Source: a virus. Taken from it: a stretch of DNA of 64,000 nucleotides. The stretch spans positions 1-64,000 of IMG/VR virus record IMGVR_UViG_3300025133_000022. One strand, given 5' to 3'. Made by a program: the position numbers and the translations under genes. Numbering within the stretch: position 1 is the stretch's first letter; each line of letters begins with the position of its first letter. The notes beneath the pieces were generated by a model. That model saw only the letters and a list, made by a program, of their open reading frames with translations, ran no database searches and was not told the origin of the DNA. This document shows positions 37,487 through 46,861 of this stretch, piece after piece.

Positions 37487-37789
37487 ATGACTCCAGGAAC
37501 TATTATCCAGGCAAAGACTTTATACTTTTTAGTACTTTACCCTATTAAAAACAATATTAAAATACCATGCGTTGCATTGTCTACCGAACCTTATGATAGT
37601 GGTGTCATTGATATTGTCCTTTCTAATAAAGGGCAATATTATCTACTGCCAGCGGTTGCAATGATTAAAAAGACGACCCTAGAAGAAATGAAAACAATAG
37701 CAAATGCCGACCAAGATCAACTAAAAGCTATTGCACACTCTCCTTCGGTAGTTAGTCAAATACAATACATAATGAAACAAAATCAATAA
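37487..37789 (+). CDS. Hypothetical protein
   Basis: AT-rich ORF after a class I hairpin. Confidence 0.6.
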   Translation: MTPGTIIQAKTLYFLVLYPIKNNIKIPCVALSTEPYDSGVIDIVLSNKGQYYLLPAVAMIKKTTLEEMKTIANADQDQLKAIAHSPSVVSQIQYIMKQNQ

Positions 37790-37795
37790 GGAAAC

Positions 37796-38170
37796 ATGCT
37801 TTCTATTCTAGCCAAAATATTACTGCTCCCATTTGAAATACTATACTATTTCAAACCAGAACTAAGAAAAAGATTCGCACCAAAACCACATGAACTTATG
37901 GATGTAGACAACTCCCCCAATATGCATCCAAAAATTCAAGACGCATGCAAAACACTAGCCCTCGGTCTAATTTCTGGACCTGTTTCAAACCATGTAACAT
38001 TCCACCTGCTGCATGACGAAGGTCGTGATGTAGTAGTAGATGTTTATTTTGTAGACGGACTAAGTCCATCTCAAAAAATTGCACGTCTCGAAGCCCTGCT
38101 AGAAGAAGCTGGGGTGGAAAATCCTTTCCACTTTAGTAAAACAAGACTGGACAAACCTAACATGAGGTAA
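37796..38170 (+). CDS. Hypothetical protein
   Basis: AAGGA RBS. Confidence 0.65.
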   Translation: MLSILAKILLLPFEILYYFKPELRKRFAPKPHELMDVDNSPNMHPKIQDACKTLALGLISGPVSNHVTFHLLHDEGRDVVVDVYFVDGLSPSQKIARLEALLEEAGVENPFHFSKTRLDKPNMR

Positions 38171-38404
38171 TGCATGAAATTCTATTTTGGATATATTGTA
38201 GGTTGGGCAACAGCAATCTGTCTTTTCAGTCCTGGAGACTGGCCAAGTATTCTCGGTGCCATTCTTGGCTGCGGGGCTGGCAGTGCGATTTACCATAAGC
38301 TCAATCGCTAAGAACCACGCCATGGGGCGACGTAGTCGCCCCTGCGGCAAAGAGTTTAGTTACAGAGCGAATAGCTCACCCACCGCACACCCCCTAGATA
38401 CACA

Positions 38405-38755
38405 ATGAAACTTACATACGAAGGCGAAACCGTCACATTCGAAGACTGGACTCCAGAAGAGTCTCAGCTCGGAAAGATTCGTCTCATGCTAGAAGCAGGA
38501 GATATGGCAGAAGGCATCTGGGTTTGGATTCATCCTGACTACAGAGCCAAATACGACAATAACGACTCTTGCGGTGAACTCATTGTCTGCGCGTTAGCAA
38601 ACCAAAGCCTCCTAGGTATTCCCTGGGGGGCCTACGTGCTAGCTCGTACCAATGGGGAAAGCAGACCAGAGTGTTACGCAATGAGTCACGACGGCCTAGA
38701 AAGCCCTAGAGACTTTACTCTTTGCCCAAATCTGAAATACAAAGGCGAAAGATGA
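38405..38755 (+). CDS. Hypothetical protein
   Basis: 116 aa. Confidence 0.7.
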   Translation: MKLTYEGETVTFEDWTPEESQLGKIRLMLEAGDMAEGIWVWIHPDYRAKYDNNDSCGELIVCALANQSLLGIPWGAYVLARTNGESRPECYAMSHDGLESPRDFTLCPNLKYKGER

Positions 38756-38789
38756 ACATACTCATCTGATGGCCTCACTGTAAACCTAT

Positions 38790-38873
38790 GCGAGTATGGC
38801 GGAATGGTATACGCATCCGGTTTAAAACCGGTAGGGGCTTGTCCTCGTGAGGGTTCGACTCCCTCTACTCGTA
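38790..38873 (+). tRNA. tRNA-Leu(TAA)
   Basis: GCGAGTA/TACTCGT-A; loop TTTAAAA; long variable arm; T arm GAGGG-TTCGACT-CCCTC; no CCA. Confidence 0.9.
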
Positions 38874-38878
38874 CTTTG

Positions 38879-39565
38879 TTAAAACCAAAGCTTATCTGTC
38901 CCTAAGACCAGAACACTATTACTAACAGGACTCATGCTGTGGTTTTCAGGATCGTCCATTGCAACAACCATACCTAGAACGCACCCCCTACTATCAAAAA
39001 CAGGGCCACCACTATTTCCAGGTAAGACTCTTGCGTCTATGTATATGAATCCATCAATATCATTAGTAATAGCTCCACAAGTAACTTCACCTATTCGTCC
39101 AAGTGGCGCACCAACAACACAAACAGAATCACCAACAACGGTATTGCTAGCAATTCTGCTTGGCCTAAGTCCCACAGGCAGCGCATCTACCTGCCAATAC
39201 GCCCAGTCGTGCCTAAGGCTCTCTCCAACAATTGGCCCAACTGCATTAAATCGATCTAAGGCAATGCAATTGTGCTCACTAGAGCACACTTCAAGTACTC
39301 CAGGTAAAGTCATCGTACCCAAAGCAACGTGCTGCGCAGTCACAATCTTGTAATGCCAACCATCCTTGACAACCCAAGCAGATCCAATTACTTGAGAAGG
39401 AAAAGCCAAATCTGGAAGCACACTAACGTCAGGTGTAAACTGAATATAGCCTGTTTGACTTACCAGTGCTGACACATGATCAACACGTCTTCCTGCTTGA
39501 GCATGACATGCTGCCAAAGCAAGAAACACCACACTTGCTATCACATTTGTAATTTTACTCCACAC
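38879..39565 (-). CDS. Trypsin-like serine protease, predicted lipoprotein
   Basis: GTG start at 39565 with GAGGAGG RBS; LALAA-C lipobox; triad TAQHV / DWA / GNSGGP. Confidence 0.85.
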   Translation of the reverse strand: MWSKITNVIASVVFLALAACHAQAGRRVDHVSALVSQTGYIQFTPDVSVLPDLAFPSQVIGSAWVVKDGWHYKIVTAQHVALGTMTLPGVLEVCSSEHNCIALDRFNAVGPIVGESLRHDWAYWQVDALPVGLRPSRIASNTVVGDSVCVVGAPLGRIGEVTCGAITNDIDGFIYIDARVLPGNSGGPVFDSRGCVLGMVVAMDDPENHSMSPVSNSVLVLGTDKLWF

Positions 39566-39597
39566 AAAACACCTCCTCAAATAGTGTAGCACAACAA

Positions 39598-39675
39598 TGC
39601 AACGTAGCTCAGCGGTAGAGCAGCTCGCGCACAACGCCTGGTTTGTCGGTGGTTCAAATCCACCCGTTGCAACCA
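39598..39675 (+). ncRNA. tRNA-like RNA with non-pairing anticodon arm (pseudo-tRNA)
   Basis: Perfect acceptor TGCAACG/CGTTGCA-ACCA, canonical D and T arms; the 25-nt middle lacks a 5-bp stem and U33. Confidence 0.7.
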
Positions 39676-39686
39676 CAGGAAAAGCA

Positions 39687-40370
39687 ATGCAAATCACTGG
39701 AAAATTAAAATTAGATCCACAGGTACTTGCCACCGGCAAAACCCGCATACGGATCATCAGACGCCATAGCCAGCAACTAGCTATCTGTGCTCGTGCATAT
39801 GTTCCTCACCTCGAAAACAGTACACGAAGAAAAGCAAATCAACTAGACCAATTACTGGTTGATGACCCAAATTACTGGATTCGCCGCAAAGGAAAAATCA
39901 GTGAAGCTCACAAACTAGAAAGCCTCTTAGAGCATGCTCGTGAGATTGCACAAACTCAAAACAACTATCCAGAAATTAAGAAAATCTTGCAAGACACTAT
40001 CAAACAGATAGACAGTAGTCTTGTCCTTACCAGACAAGATAAAGGATGGGCAATTCTTAATGTATCCAAAAGCACTATCCTTCCATATCTTAAAAGCATC
40101 AGAAACACTGGTGTTCGTATAAACACCAGTGTTTGGGGTCCACACATTTCCGTAATTCGCGGAGAGCTTAGCCATTGGGAAGCTTCTCAAATGCATATGC
40201 TAGACGGAATGAAATTTGAAGTTGAGATAGGCGACACTATTCGCAAAAACCGTTCAGGTTACCACTGGCTAACAGTAAAATCCCGCAGATTAGAAAATTT
40301 GCGCTCAGAGCTAGATCTGCCACCTAGACCAAGCCCACCATTTCATCTAACTATCGGCAAAGGATGCTAA
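39687..40370 (+). CDS. 2H phosphoesterase family protein
   Basis: Two HxS/T motifs: GPHISV and PFHLTIG. Confidence 0.75.
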   Translation: MQITGKLKLDPQVLATGKTRIRIIRRHSQQLAICARAYVPHLENSTRRKANQLDQLLVDDPNYWIRRKGKISEAHKLESLLEHAREIAQTQNNYPEIKKILQDTIKQIDSSLVLTRQDKGWAILNVSKSTILPYLKSIRNTGVRINTSVWGPHISVIRGELSHWEASQMHMLDGMKFEVEIGDTIRKNRSGYHWLTVKSRRLENLRSELDLPPRPSPPFHLTIGKGC

Positions 40371-40546
40371 ACAGCAAGTTGTTTTTACCAGGACTTGCAG
40401 GAACCCTAACAATGGCCACGATCAAGTGGCAAGTTCAAGGAACTATCCTGGAGTGTCCTGTACCTCTTCATTATGGCATCTACTTATGTCTGTTTGCTCT
40501 GCTTCTACCTGTCGCAGAGTGGATACTACAACAGGTACAAAAATGA
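40364..40546 (+). CDS. Small membrane protein
   Basis: Two hydrophobic segments. Confidence 0.55.
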   Translation: MLNSKLFLPGLAGTLTMATIKWQVQGTILECPVPLHYGIYLCLFALLLPVAEWILQQVQK

Positions 40547-41097
40547 GCACATACTTCACAAGCGACACCCACTTCGGCCACAGAGGTATCATGCGCTGGG
40601 CAAAGAGACCTTTTGCCAGCGTAGAAGAAATGGACAAAGAAATGATTCGTCGGTGGAATGAAACAGTAGGCACTAACGACACTGTTTATCACCTAGGCGA
40701 CTTTGGGTTCCACAGTACAGCTGAACAACTGGATCCAATCCTAGCACAATTAAATGGCAAAATTCATTTGATTCTCGGCAACCATGATCAAAATCCAAAC
40801 ATTGAAACATTTGCTCACTGGCGAATCACTAGCTTTAAAGAACTACTCAAAATAAGAGTAGGTGGACAAGACATTGTGCTTTGCCACTACCCATTACAAG
40901 AATGGGATGGAGCATTCAGAGGAACATGGCATCTCCATGGTCACTCCCATAATCAATGGCCAATAAGTTCCTGGAAGCAAATTGATGTTGGCACTGACGG
41001 TCACGCATTTCACCCATGGTCAATGCAAGAACTTCATATCGAAATGTCAAAACGCAAAATCATGACTTCAGAAATCTATCAATCTCAGCCAAGTTAG
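40543..41097 (+). CDS. Calcineurin-like metallophosphoesterase
   Basis: SDTHFGH, HLGDF, GNHD, CHYP, HGHSH. Confidence 0.9.
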   Translation: MSTYFTSDTHFGHRGIMRWAKRPFASVEEMDKEMIRRWNETVGTNDTVYHLGDFGFHSTAEQLDPILAQLNGKIHLILGNHDQNPNIETFAHWRITSFKELLKIRVGGQDIVLCHYPLQEWDGAFRGTWHLHGHSHNQWPISSWKQIDVGTDGHAFHPWSMQELHIEMSKRKIMTSEIYQSQPS

Positions 41098-41165
41098 TTC
41101 AGTCTGGCCAGAGCACCTGGTTTGTAAGCAGGATGTCGTCGGTTCGAATCCGACACTTGGCTCCA
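41088..41165 (+). tRNA. tRNA-Thr(TGT)
   Basis: GCCAAGT/ACTTGGC-TCCA; loop TTTGTAA; T arm GTCGG-TTCGAAT-CCGAC. Confidence 0.85.
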
Positions 41166-41279
41166 TTCTATTTGACCGTCGGTCAAAAACACCAGCAAAC
41201 TCAAGCAAATCTTGATAAGCTCTAAATGTTCTAGCATTAACACAGTAGATAGCGCAATAAAAATCCCTAAAGGAAAACT

Positions 41280-41588
41280 ATGTTTCACGTTACCCTTCAA
41301 GTTTCACCAAGAAAAAAAGATTCATATGGCTATTTTAGCAGTATAGAAGTAGCCACACATGTGGCCGAGAGCCTTACAGGCTATTCAAAAGACAACGATC
41401 CAGTTTGTGGCGTCGTGACTGAAGTGCCAATTGACACAAGCGCTTCAATCGCAGAATACAAAGAAAAGTCAACCAAAGCTGCAGAACTAACTGAACGCAA
41501 GCAGTGGGCGAATTTCTATGAGCAAATGACCAGTCAGCAAAAAGACCTCATGTCCAAATTTGCTCCAGCGTCCCTTCAAGATACCTAA
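41280..41588 (+). CDS. Hypothetical protein
   Basis: AAGGA RBS. Confidence 0.65.
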   Translation: MFHVTLQVSPRKKDSYGYFSSIEVATHVAESLTGYSKDNDPVCGVVTEVPIDTSASIAEYKEKSTKAAELTERKQWANFYEQMTSQQKDLMSKFAPASLQDT

Positions 41589-41620
41589 ACTGAATATGCT
41601 GCTAACAGCAGCATGCTTAC

Positions 41621-41694
41621 GCTCCGGTAGCTCAGTTGGATAGAGCATCGGCCTTCTAAGCCGGCGGCCCTAGGTTCAAGTCCTAGTCGGAGCA
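41621..41694 (+). tRNA. tRNA-Arg(TCT)
   Basis: GCTCCGG/TCGGAGC-A; loop CTTCTAA; T arm CTAGG-TTCAAGT-CCTAG; no CCA. Confidence 0.9.
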
Positions 41695-41721
41695 CTACTC
41701 TCACAAAAAAAAGAGAAACTT

Positions 41722-42147
41722 ATGCCAATACTACTTGAGCGACCAAAACTAGTCATAGATGAAAACGGAAGGCCAATTTCAGAAAACGAAATGAAAAAAC
41801 GACAATGGAAAACCACAGTTGTTTGCGGCCAGCACAGCCTTGGCTGTGGTGCCAAATCAGAAATCGTTTTCAACGACATCTTCAAAAAAGTAATTCAAAA
41901 CCCTTCAATGACTCAAATCGGATATCATGCAAAATGCATGCATTGTCACCAAGATTTGGTAATTCCTCATAATGACACTCCTTGGCATTACGATGAAATT
42001 CCCGTGAAAACCAAATGGTTAAAAACCTATATGACGAGTCTAGTCGATACACTGCATGCAGAGTCCAACGACCGCCAACGCCTTAAAATAGATCTAATGA
42101 AAGACAATATCGATATTAAATATCTTAGAGAATACGACTGGTCATAA
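41722..42147 (+). CDS. Hypothetical Zn-ribbon protein
   Basis: C....GCG and C.HC motifs. Confidence 0.65.
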   Translation: MPILLERPKLVIDENGRPISENEMKKRQWKTTVVCGQHSLGCGAKSEIVFNDIFKKVIQNPSMTQIGYHAKCMHCHQDLVIPHNDTPWHYDEIPVKTKWLKTYMTSLVDTLHAESNDRQRLKIDLMKDNIDIKYLREYDWS

Positions 42148-42205
42148 TTCCTTGACGCCAAATTCATAGCAGGGTTACCATCTTGCTAATGGGCGAGGTG
42201 TCAAA

Positions 42206-42694
42206 ATGACAAGTGAAAACACTCATAGAGATTTATGTAAATTAGCAACAGGTTGGTTAGTTAAGCAATCTTGGTGCGATATCGCGTGTTACGAACTTAA
42301 GGTAGGAAGAGGATTTGCTGATGCTATTGGACTCAGCAAACCCAGAGCACGTGTACATCGTATTACTATTATCGAATGCAAAAGAACTCGTTCAGATCTT
42401 TTGCAAGATCTGCGTGCCGGCAAATACCGCAAATATGAACAAAAATCTACCCACTGCTATCTAGCTGCTACTGCTGAAGCCTATGGTAATAAAACAAATA
42501 GTCAAATATTAGTAGATATGAAAAACAGAGGTGTTCCAGATCACTGGGGGCTTCTAAGGTTTGGACCAAGAAGTGAGATTATTTGCATTCGCTCAACAAA
42601 AGCACACAGACGCACTACAGCAACACAAGTCCGTGGACTTGTACGAAAAGTTGCCAGATCTCTATGTTATAGAGCAATTCAAGGAAAACTATGA
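42206..42694 (+). CDS. PD-(D/E)XK nuclease-like protein (MmcB-like)
   Basis: YEL..ADAIG...IIECKRTRSDL..D..K...Y. Confidence 0.7.
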   Translation: MTSENTHRDLCKLATGWLVKQSWCDIACYELKVGRGFADAIGLSKPRARVHRITIIECKRTRSDLLQDLRAGKYRKYEQKSTHCYLAATAEAYGNKTNSQILVDMKNRGVPDHWGLLRFGPRSEIICIRSTKAHRRTTATQVRGLVRKVARSLCYRAIQGKL

Positions 42695-43041
42695 GCCTAC
42701 AAGAAACAACAGCAGCATGGACTAAACTCCAAGAACTTAAGATAAAGCATCTTCGAATATGGCAGCCTAAGAAAGATTCTATAAACATGACAGACATGAC
42801 TTCCATTCACAGTATGGCAAAAGCCTTAAACATACAAATGTCAAACGCCATGGATGTAGAAGAAATTCACGAAGCTGCCTATGCGCTCGCTACCAAAGTA
42901 GCCGCACTGCCCTTTAGTGAATTCACTACATGGAATCAAGGACAAGCAGAACGCTCTATGAGTACCGGCCAACTTATGAGTGAAATCAGCAGTTCCAAGC
43001 TAATGGCTATGGCAGGCATTTCAACTTCTGAGCATTTCTAA
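42691..43041 (+). CDS. Hypothetical protein
   Basis: ATGA overlap. Confidence 0.6.
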   Translation: MSLQETTAAWTKLQELKIKHLRIWQPKKDSINMTDMTSIHSMAKALNIQMSNAMDVEEIHEAAYALATKVAALPFSEFTTWNQGQAERSMSTGQLMSEISSSKLMAMAGISTSEHF

Positions 43042-43248
43042 TTGGACAATAAAGAAAGATACATCTTACAATTCGAAAGCCTTGGAATCTCTTGTCAATG
43101 TGGTTGGACTGGTAAAATAAAACATTTAAATCAAAAAATGTGGAGCTGGCTGTGTCCTAGCTGCAGTCTCATTCTTCTCGGTCAACATCATTACAAACCA
43201 CCAAAATCTTACTACAAAACTACGAAACTTCTATAAAAGGATTTCCAA

Positions 43249-44610
43249 ATGAGCTACCAAGGCATCATAACCACAGTCAAGCTGAAACCACATCCTAGTG
43301 CAGACAAATTACTTCTTGCAGAAGTGGCAGGACACCAGCTAGTCTGCGCCAAGAATGCATACGAAGACGGTGACATCGTCATTTTCTTCCCCGAAGGTGG
43401 CCAACTCAGCCACCCGCTCTGCTGGTACAATGACCTCTACCGAGAAAACAAAGGTGAAAACCGCACACCTAATGTCTATGGATACTTTAGTGAAAATCGT
43501 CGAGTACGCAGCATTAAATTACGTGGTGAAATCTCAGAAGGCTTCATGCTTCCACTCGAAGGCTTGGCTTTCGTTGGCTCAGCCAAACCCCCGAGCGAAC
43601 TCCTTCGTCCCGGCATGCTTATCAACGAACTGCTAGGCAACGAAATCTGCAGAAAATACGAAACCCGTGCAACGAAACAAGCCCGACAAAAAGCAAGTGG
43701 TAAAGCTCGTAAAGACATTAACAACTTTGCCAAGGTTGGACAAACCAGTAAATTCCGCTACGTGATGAACAGCATCCCTAAAGATGCCATCATAACCATA
43801 TCTGAAAAGATTCATGGTACCAGTGGCAGAACCGGTCTTGTTAAAATCAAAGAACGTGTTGACCTACCATACCCCTGGTGGAAGCGTGCTTTGTACTGGA
43901 CTCGAGGACTGTTGCCCAACTGGACTTACGATCCAAAATACGTACCCCACACCCATACGCGAGAATTCAAACACCTCAGTGGCAGTCGCCGTATGATTGT
44001 GGCTCAAGACGAACAAATCTGCAAAACTCGTCCAGATGGTACTCCAATTCCACTTGGTTACCGCAAAAAGATTCACAACGCACTAATCAGCTGCCTCCGC
44101 CCAGGAGAAAGCCTATATTACGAAATCGTAGTGTGTAACGATCAAGGTGTATCCGACTTCCGACAAAAAATCGGCAACAACAAAAGCGACACAGTTCTCA
44201 AAAGTCTTCGAAAGAAATACGATGAACAAATGAACTATAGTTATGGGGTTGCTCCAGGCAGTTACAACATCTGGATATATCGCATCACCATGCAAAACGA
44301 ACGAGGTGATGCGATTCGCCTAGGATGGAATCAAATGACCAAGCGTGCCGCAGAGCTTGGAATTAGTACCGTTCCAGTGCTTGATCAATTCATCTACGAT
44401 GGTGACGCAGAGGCTCTTAACAAACGTCTTGCTCTCATCAGTGATGGACCTAGCACTTTAGACAGCACACACATTCGAGAAGGTGTGTGTGTGCATATCG
44501 ACAGTCCTAAAATGCAAAACGTATTTAAGCGAAAGGGTTTTGCATTTTGTCACTTGGAAGGAATAGCCAAGAACGACGATGAGTACGTTGATCCAGAAGA
44601 CATTGCGTGA
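43249..44610 (+). CDS. ATP-dependent RNA ligase, Rnl5/DRB0094 type
   Basis: N-terminal OB-like PHP.ADKL..FFPEG; motif I EKIHGTS; motif IV REGVC; motif V FKRK. Confidence 0.85.
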   Translation: MSYQGIITTVKLKPHPSADKLLLAEVAGHQLVCAKNAYEDGDIVIFFPEGGQLSHPLCWYNDLYRENKGENRTPNVYGYFSENRRVRSIKLRGEISEGFMLPLEGLAFVGSAKPPSELLRPGMLINELLGNEICRKYETRATKQARQKASGKARKDINNFAKVGQTSKFRYVMNSIPKDAIITISEKIHGTSGRTGLVKIKERVDLPYPWWKRALYWTRGLLPNWTYDPKYVPHTHTREFKHLSGSRRMIVAQDEQICKTRPDGTPIPLGYRKKIHNALISCLRPGESLYYEIVVCNDQGVSDFRQKIGNNKSDTVLKSLRKKYDEQMNYSYGVAPGSYNIWIYRITMQNERGDAIRLGWNQMTKRAAELGISTVPVLDQFIYDGDAEALNKRLALISDGPSTLDSTHIREGVCVHIDSPKMQNVFKRKGFAFCHLEGIAKNDDEYVDPEDIA

Positions 44611-44652
44611 TACTATACCCCTATAGCGACTTTTGTCATATAGAGGGCATTA

Positions 44653-45213
44653 ATGCACACCGGAACAATAACTATTAGAGGAGTTGAATACTCCTCTATT
44701 ACCGAGGCTACCAAGGCCCACGGTATTAACAACCGCACGTACCACACAAGAATCAAGAGAGGGTGGTCACCAGAACAAGCACTTCAACTAGTGGCCCCAC
44801 CCAAGAAGTACTTCAGCGCATATAATCACTGGCTAGCACTTCAAGACGAACCCGTTAGAATCTGCAACGCCTGTGCTGAAGAGAAGCCTCTAGAAGACTT
44901 CTACAAGAAAAGCTCAAAGATCGGCTATGGTGCTCGATGTCGACCATGTGTAAGCAAACAAGTCCTCAGAAATTTACGAAAACGTGTCTACGGTTTAGAT
45001 CCAGACCAATGGAAAGCACTCTTTGAATCTCAAGACAGATGCTGTGCTATCTGCAAGACCAAGCACCCAGGCAAAGGAACTTGGCATACCGACCATTGCC
45101 ACAGCACAAATACAGTAAGAGGCATCCTGTGCAGAAATTGCAATGTAGGACTAGGCTTCTTTAAAGACAAGACCGAGCTGCTACAAGCAGCCATAGGATA
45201 TCTAGATGAATGA
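44653..45213 (+). CDS. Endonuclease VII-family homing endonuclease
   Basis: Q..CCAIC, HTDHCH...VRGILCRNCN.GLG; N-terminal DNA-binding and Zn-finger segments. Confidence 0.85.
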   Translation: MHTGTITIRGVEYSSITEATKAHGINNRTYHTRIKRGWSPEQALQLVAPPKKYFSAYNHWLALQDEPVRICNACAEEKPLEDFYKKSSKIGYGARCRPCVSKQVLRNLRKRVYGLDPDQWKALFESQDRCCAICKTKHPGKGTWHTDHCHSTNTVRGILCRNCNVGLGFFKDKTELLQAAIGYLDE

Positions 45214-45448
45214 GAAAGACATTGCAGCTTTACTTTCCGGTGGAATTCCTATTCTGTTGCTCATTCTTGCAGGACTCTTTGGAGGCGTGTTTATAACAGC
45301 TTTCAATTACTACATAGTTGGCTTAATCATAATAGCAGGCATCGCAATGCAAGTCTTGTACATATTGGAAAGCCCCTTAAGAATGGCTCTCATTTACAGT
45401 GCCTTTTATGGCATCTACTGGTTGCTTACCATTCCTGGCACAGCATAA
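45206..45448 (+). CDS. Membrane protein
   Basis: Three hydrophobic segments. Confidence 0.65.
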   Translation: MNEKDIAALLSGGIPILLLILAGLFGGVFITAFNYYIVGLIIIAGIAMQVLYILESPLRMALIYSAFYGIYWLLTIPGTA

Positions 45449-45519
45449 ATAATAGAAACACAAATACAACTTAAAATATACTTGGTGGATGCCAAGCAAA
45501 CCCAATAAAGGATCCAACT

Positions 45520-45747
45520 ATGACACATGGCAAAGCAACAACGCTTTCGCAGTTAATAGATCAAAAGCGAAGAGAGTACGGATTAGACTGGGACGCCCAC
45601 AAGCAAGTATGCCGAAAAGCATGCATTAACTGGTCGATAGCAAACCAAAAGGCCATCCTGCACACTCCAGACATGGGTCGTGTAACCCTTGAGGGTTATA
45701 TTAAAGCTTATCATCAGCTTTATGTGAACCCAGAGGAAATATCATGA
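45520..45747 (+). CDS. Hypothetical protein
   Basis: AAGGA RBS. Confidence 0.6.
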   Translation: MTHGKATTLSQLIDQKRREYGLDWDAHKQVCRKACINWSIANQKAILHTPDMGRVTLEGYIKAYHQLYVNPEEIS

Positions 45748-46061
45748 ATAAGCAAATTGCAGCAACAGTCATTGGTGCGATTTCAGGTGCTATGTATTTT
45801 GCATTTGCAGTTCACATGCTGACAAATACCCTGTTGTGAAATATCCAGAACAAGTACAACGACTGATAGACCAATGTGTCGCCGCTCCTAAACAGAGCGA
45901 GCGACAGCAAGCTGTTGAAGCACTTATTGAGCTTCTTACAAAACCAAAAAATGACTTCTCGTGCATTTGTACCAAAAACGACCCTTGGTGTATTTGCTGG
46001 AGTAGATGAGCGGGGCGTAGCCCCGCTTTAGGTAAGAAAACTTAATAAGGAGCACAAGCCT

Positions 46062-46367
46062 ATGAATACTGTTCAACTTTACAGAACAATGCACGCAGCC
46101 CTACATAATAGTGAAGCAAAAACAGTACAAGTAGAAGAAAACACATATCAGGTTGAAACCACAAACAAAAGTATTCGTTACATACGATATAAAAATATCG
46201 TATTCGCACAACAAGATACAACTCAAATGGGTTACCTAGCCCATTTAGCAAAAAGTCAACCAATTTCTAGAATTATTCGCACAGGACAAAAGTGGGGTTG
46301 GATTTCAAACAAAGAAATCGCTGACCCACTCCTCGTGAGCAATGATGGCCAGGTGGCGCAACGGTGA
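46062..46367 (+). CDS. Hypothetical protein
   Basis: AAGGAG RBS. Confidence 0.65.
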   Translation: MNTVQLYRTMHAALHNSEAKTVQVEENTYQVETTNKSIRYIRYKNIVFAQQDTTQMGYLAHLAKSQPISRIIRTGQKWGWISNKEIADPLLVSNDGQVAQR

Positions 46368-46427
46368 CGCAGCAGGTTTAGGCCCTGTGATCTAATGATC
46401 TTGCGGGTTCGAATCCCGTCCTGGCCA
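46347..46427 (+). tRNA. tRNA-Leu(TAG)
   Basis: GGCCAGG/CCTGGCC-A; loop TTTAGGC; variable arm; T arm GCGGG-TTCGAAT-CCCGT; no CCA. Confidence 0.85.
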
Positions 46428-46463
46428 CTATTTTTATTCTACAATCTTAATCCAAAGAAAAAA

Positions 46464-46793
46464 ATGAGCACACCTCCAATAGAAGAACTACTCCCAAAAA
46501 CCGAGTTTGAAAAGCCACGCGCTCCACTCGGTATGAGAAAGTTCACAATATATCGTCCTTCAGATGAAACCGGTGTCAGTGGAATAGGAATTGTCGCTCA
46601 AGGCATCTTGTTTGCTGATGGTACTGCCAGTGTGCAGTGGGTCTGCCCACCTGCTGCTGGAGATGTACAAACCAAAAAATGGGAAAGTTTCTTAGACGTA
46701 CATGTACGTCAACACCCAAAGAACCAAACCATCATTACTTGGGAAGACGGCAAGCAAGACATATACGAACCTGTTGCAGAATCTACAGAATAA
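46464..46793 (+). CDS. Phage hypothetical protein
   Basis: F...R..D.TGVSG.G.VA.G..F.DG...W motif. Confidence 0.7.
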   Translation: MSTPPIEELLPKTEFEKPRAPLGMRKFTIYRPSDETGVSGIGIVAQGILFADGTASVQWVCPPAAGDVQTKKWESFLDVHVRQHPKNQTIITWEDGKQDIYEPVAESTE

Positions 46794-46861
46794 CAAATAC
46801 CCCGACTGTAGGTACAACAAGATTCAATTACAAACACAAATCTTAAACCAAAGACCCAACC

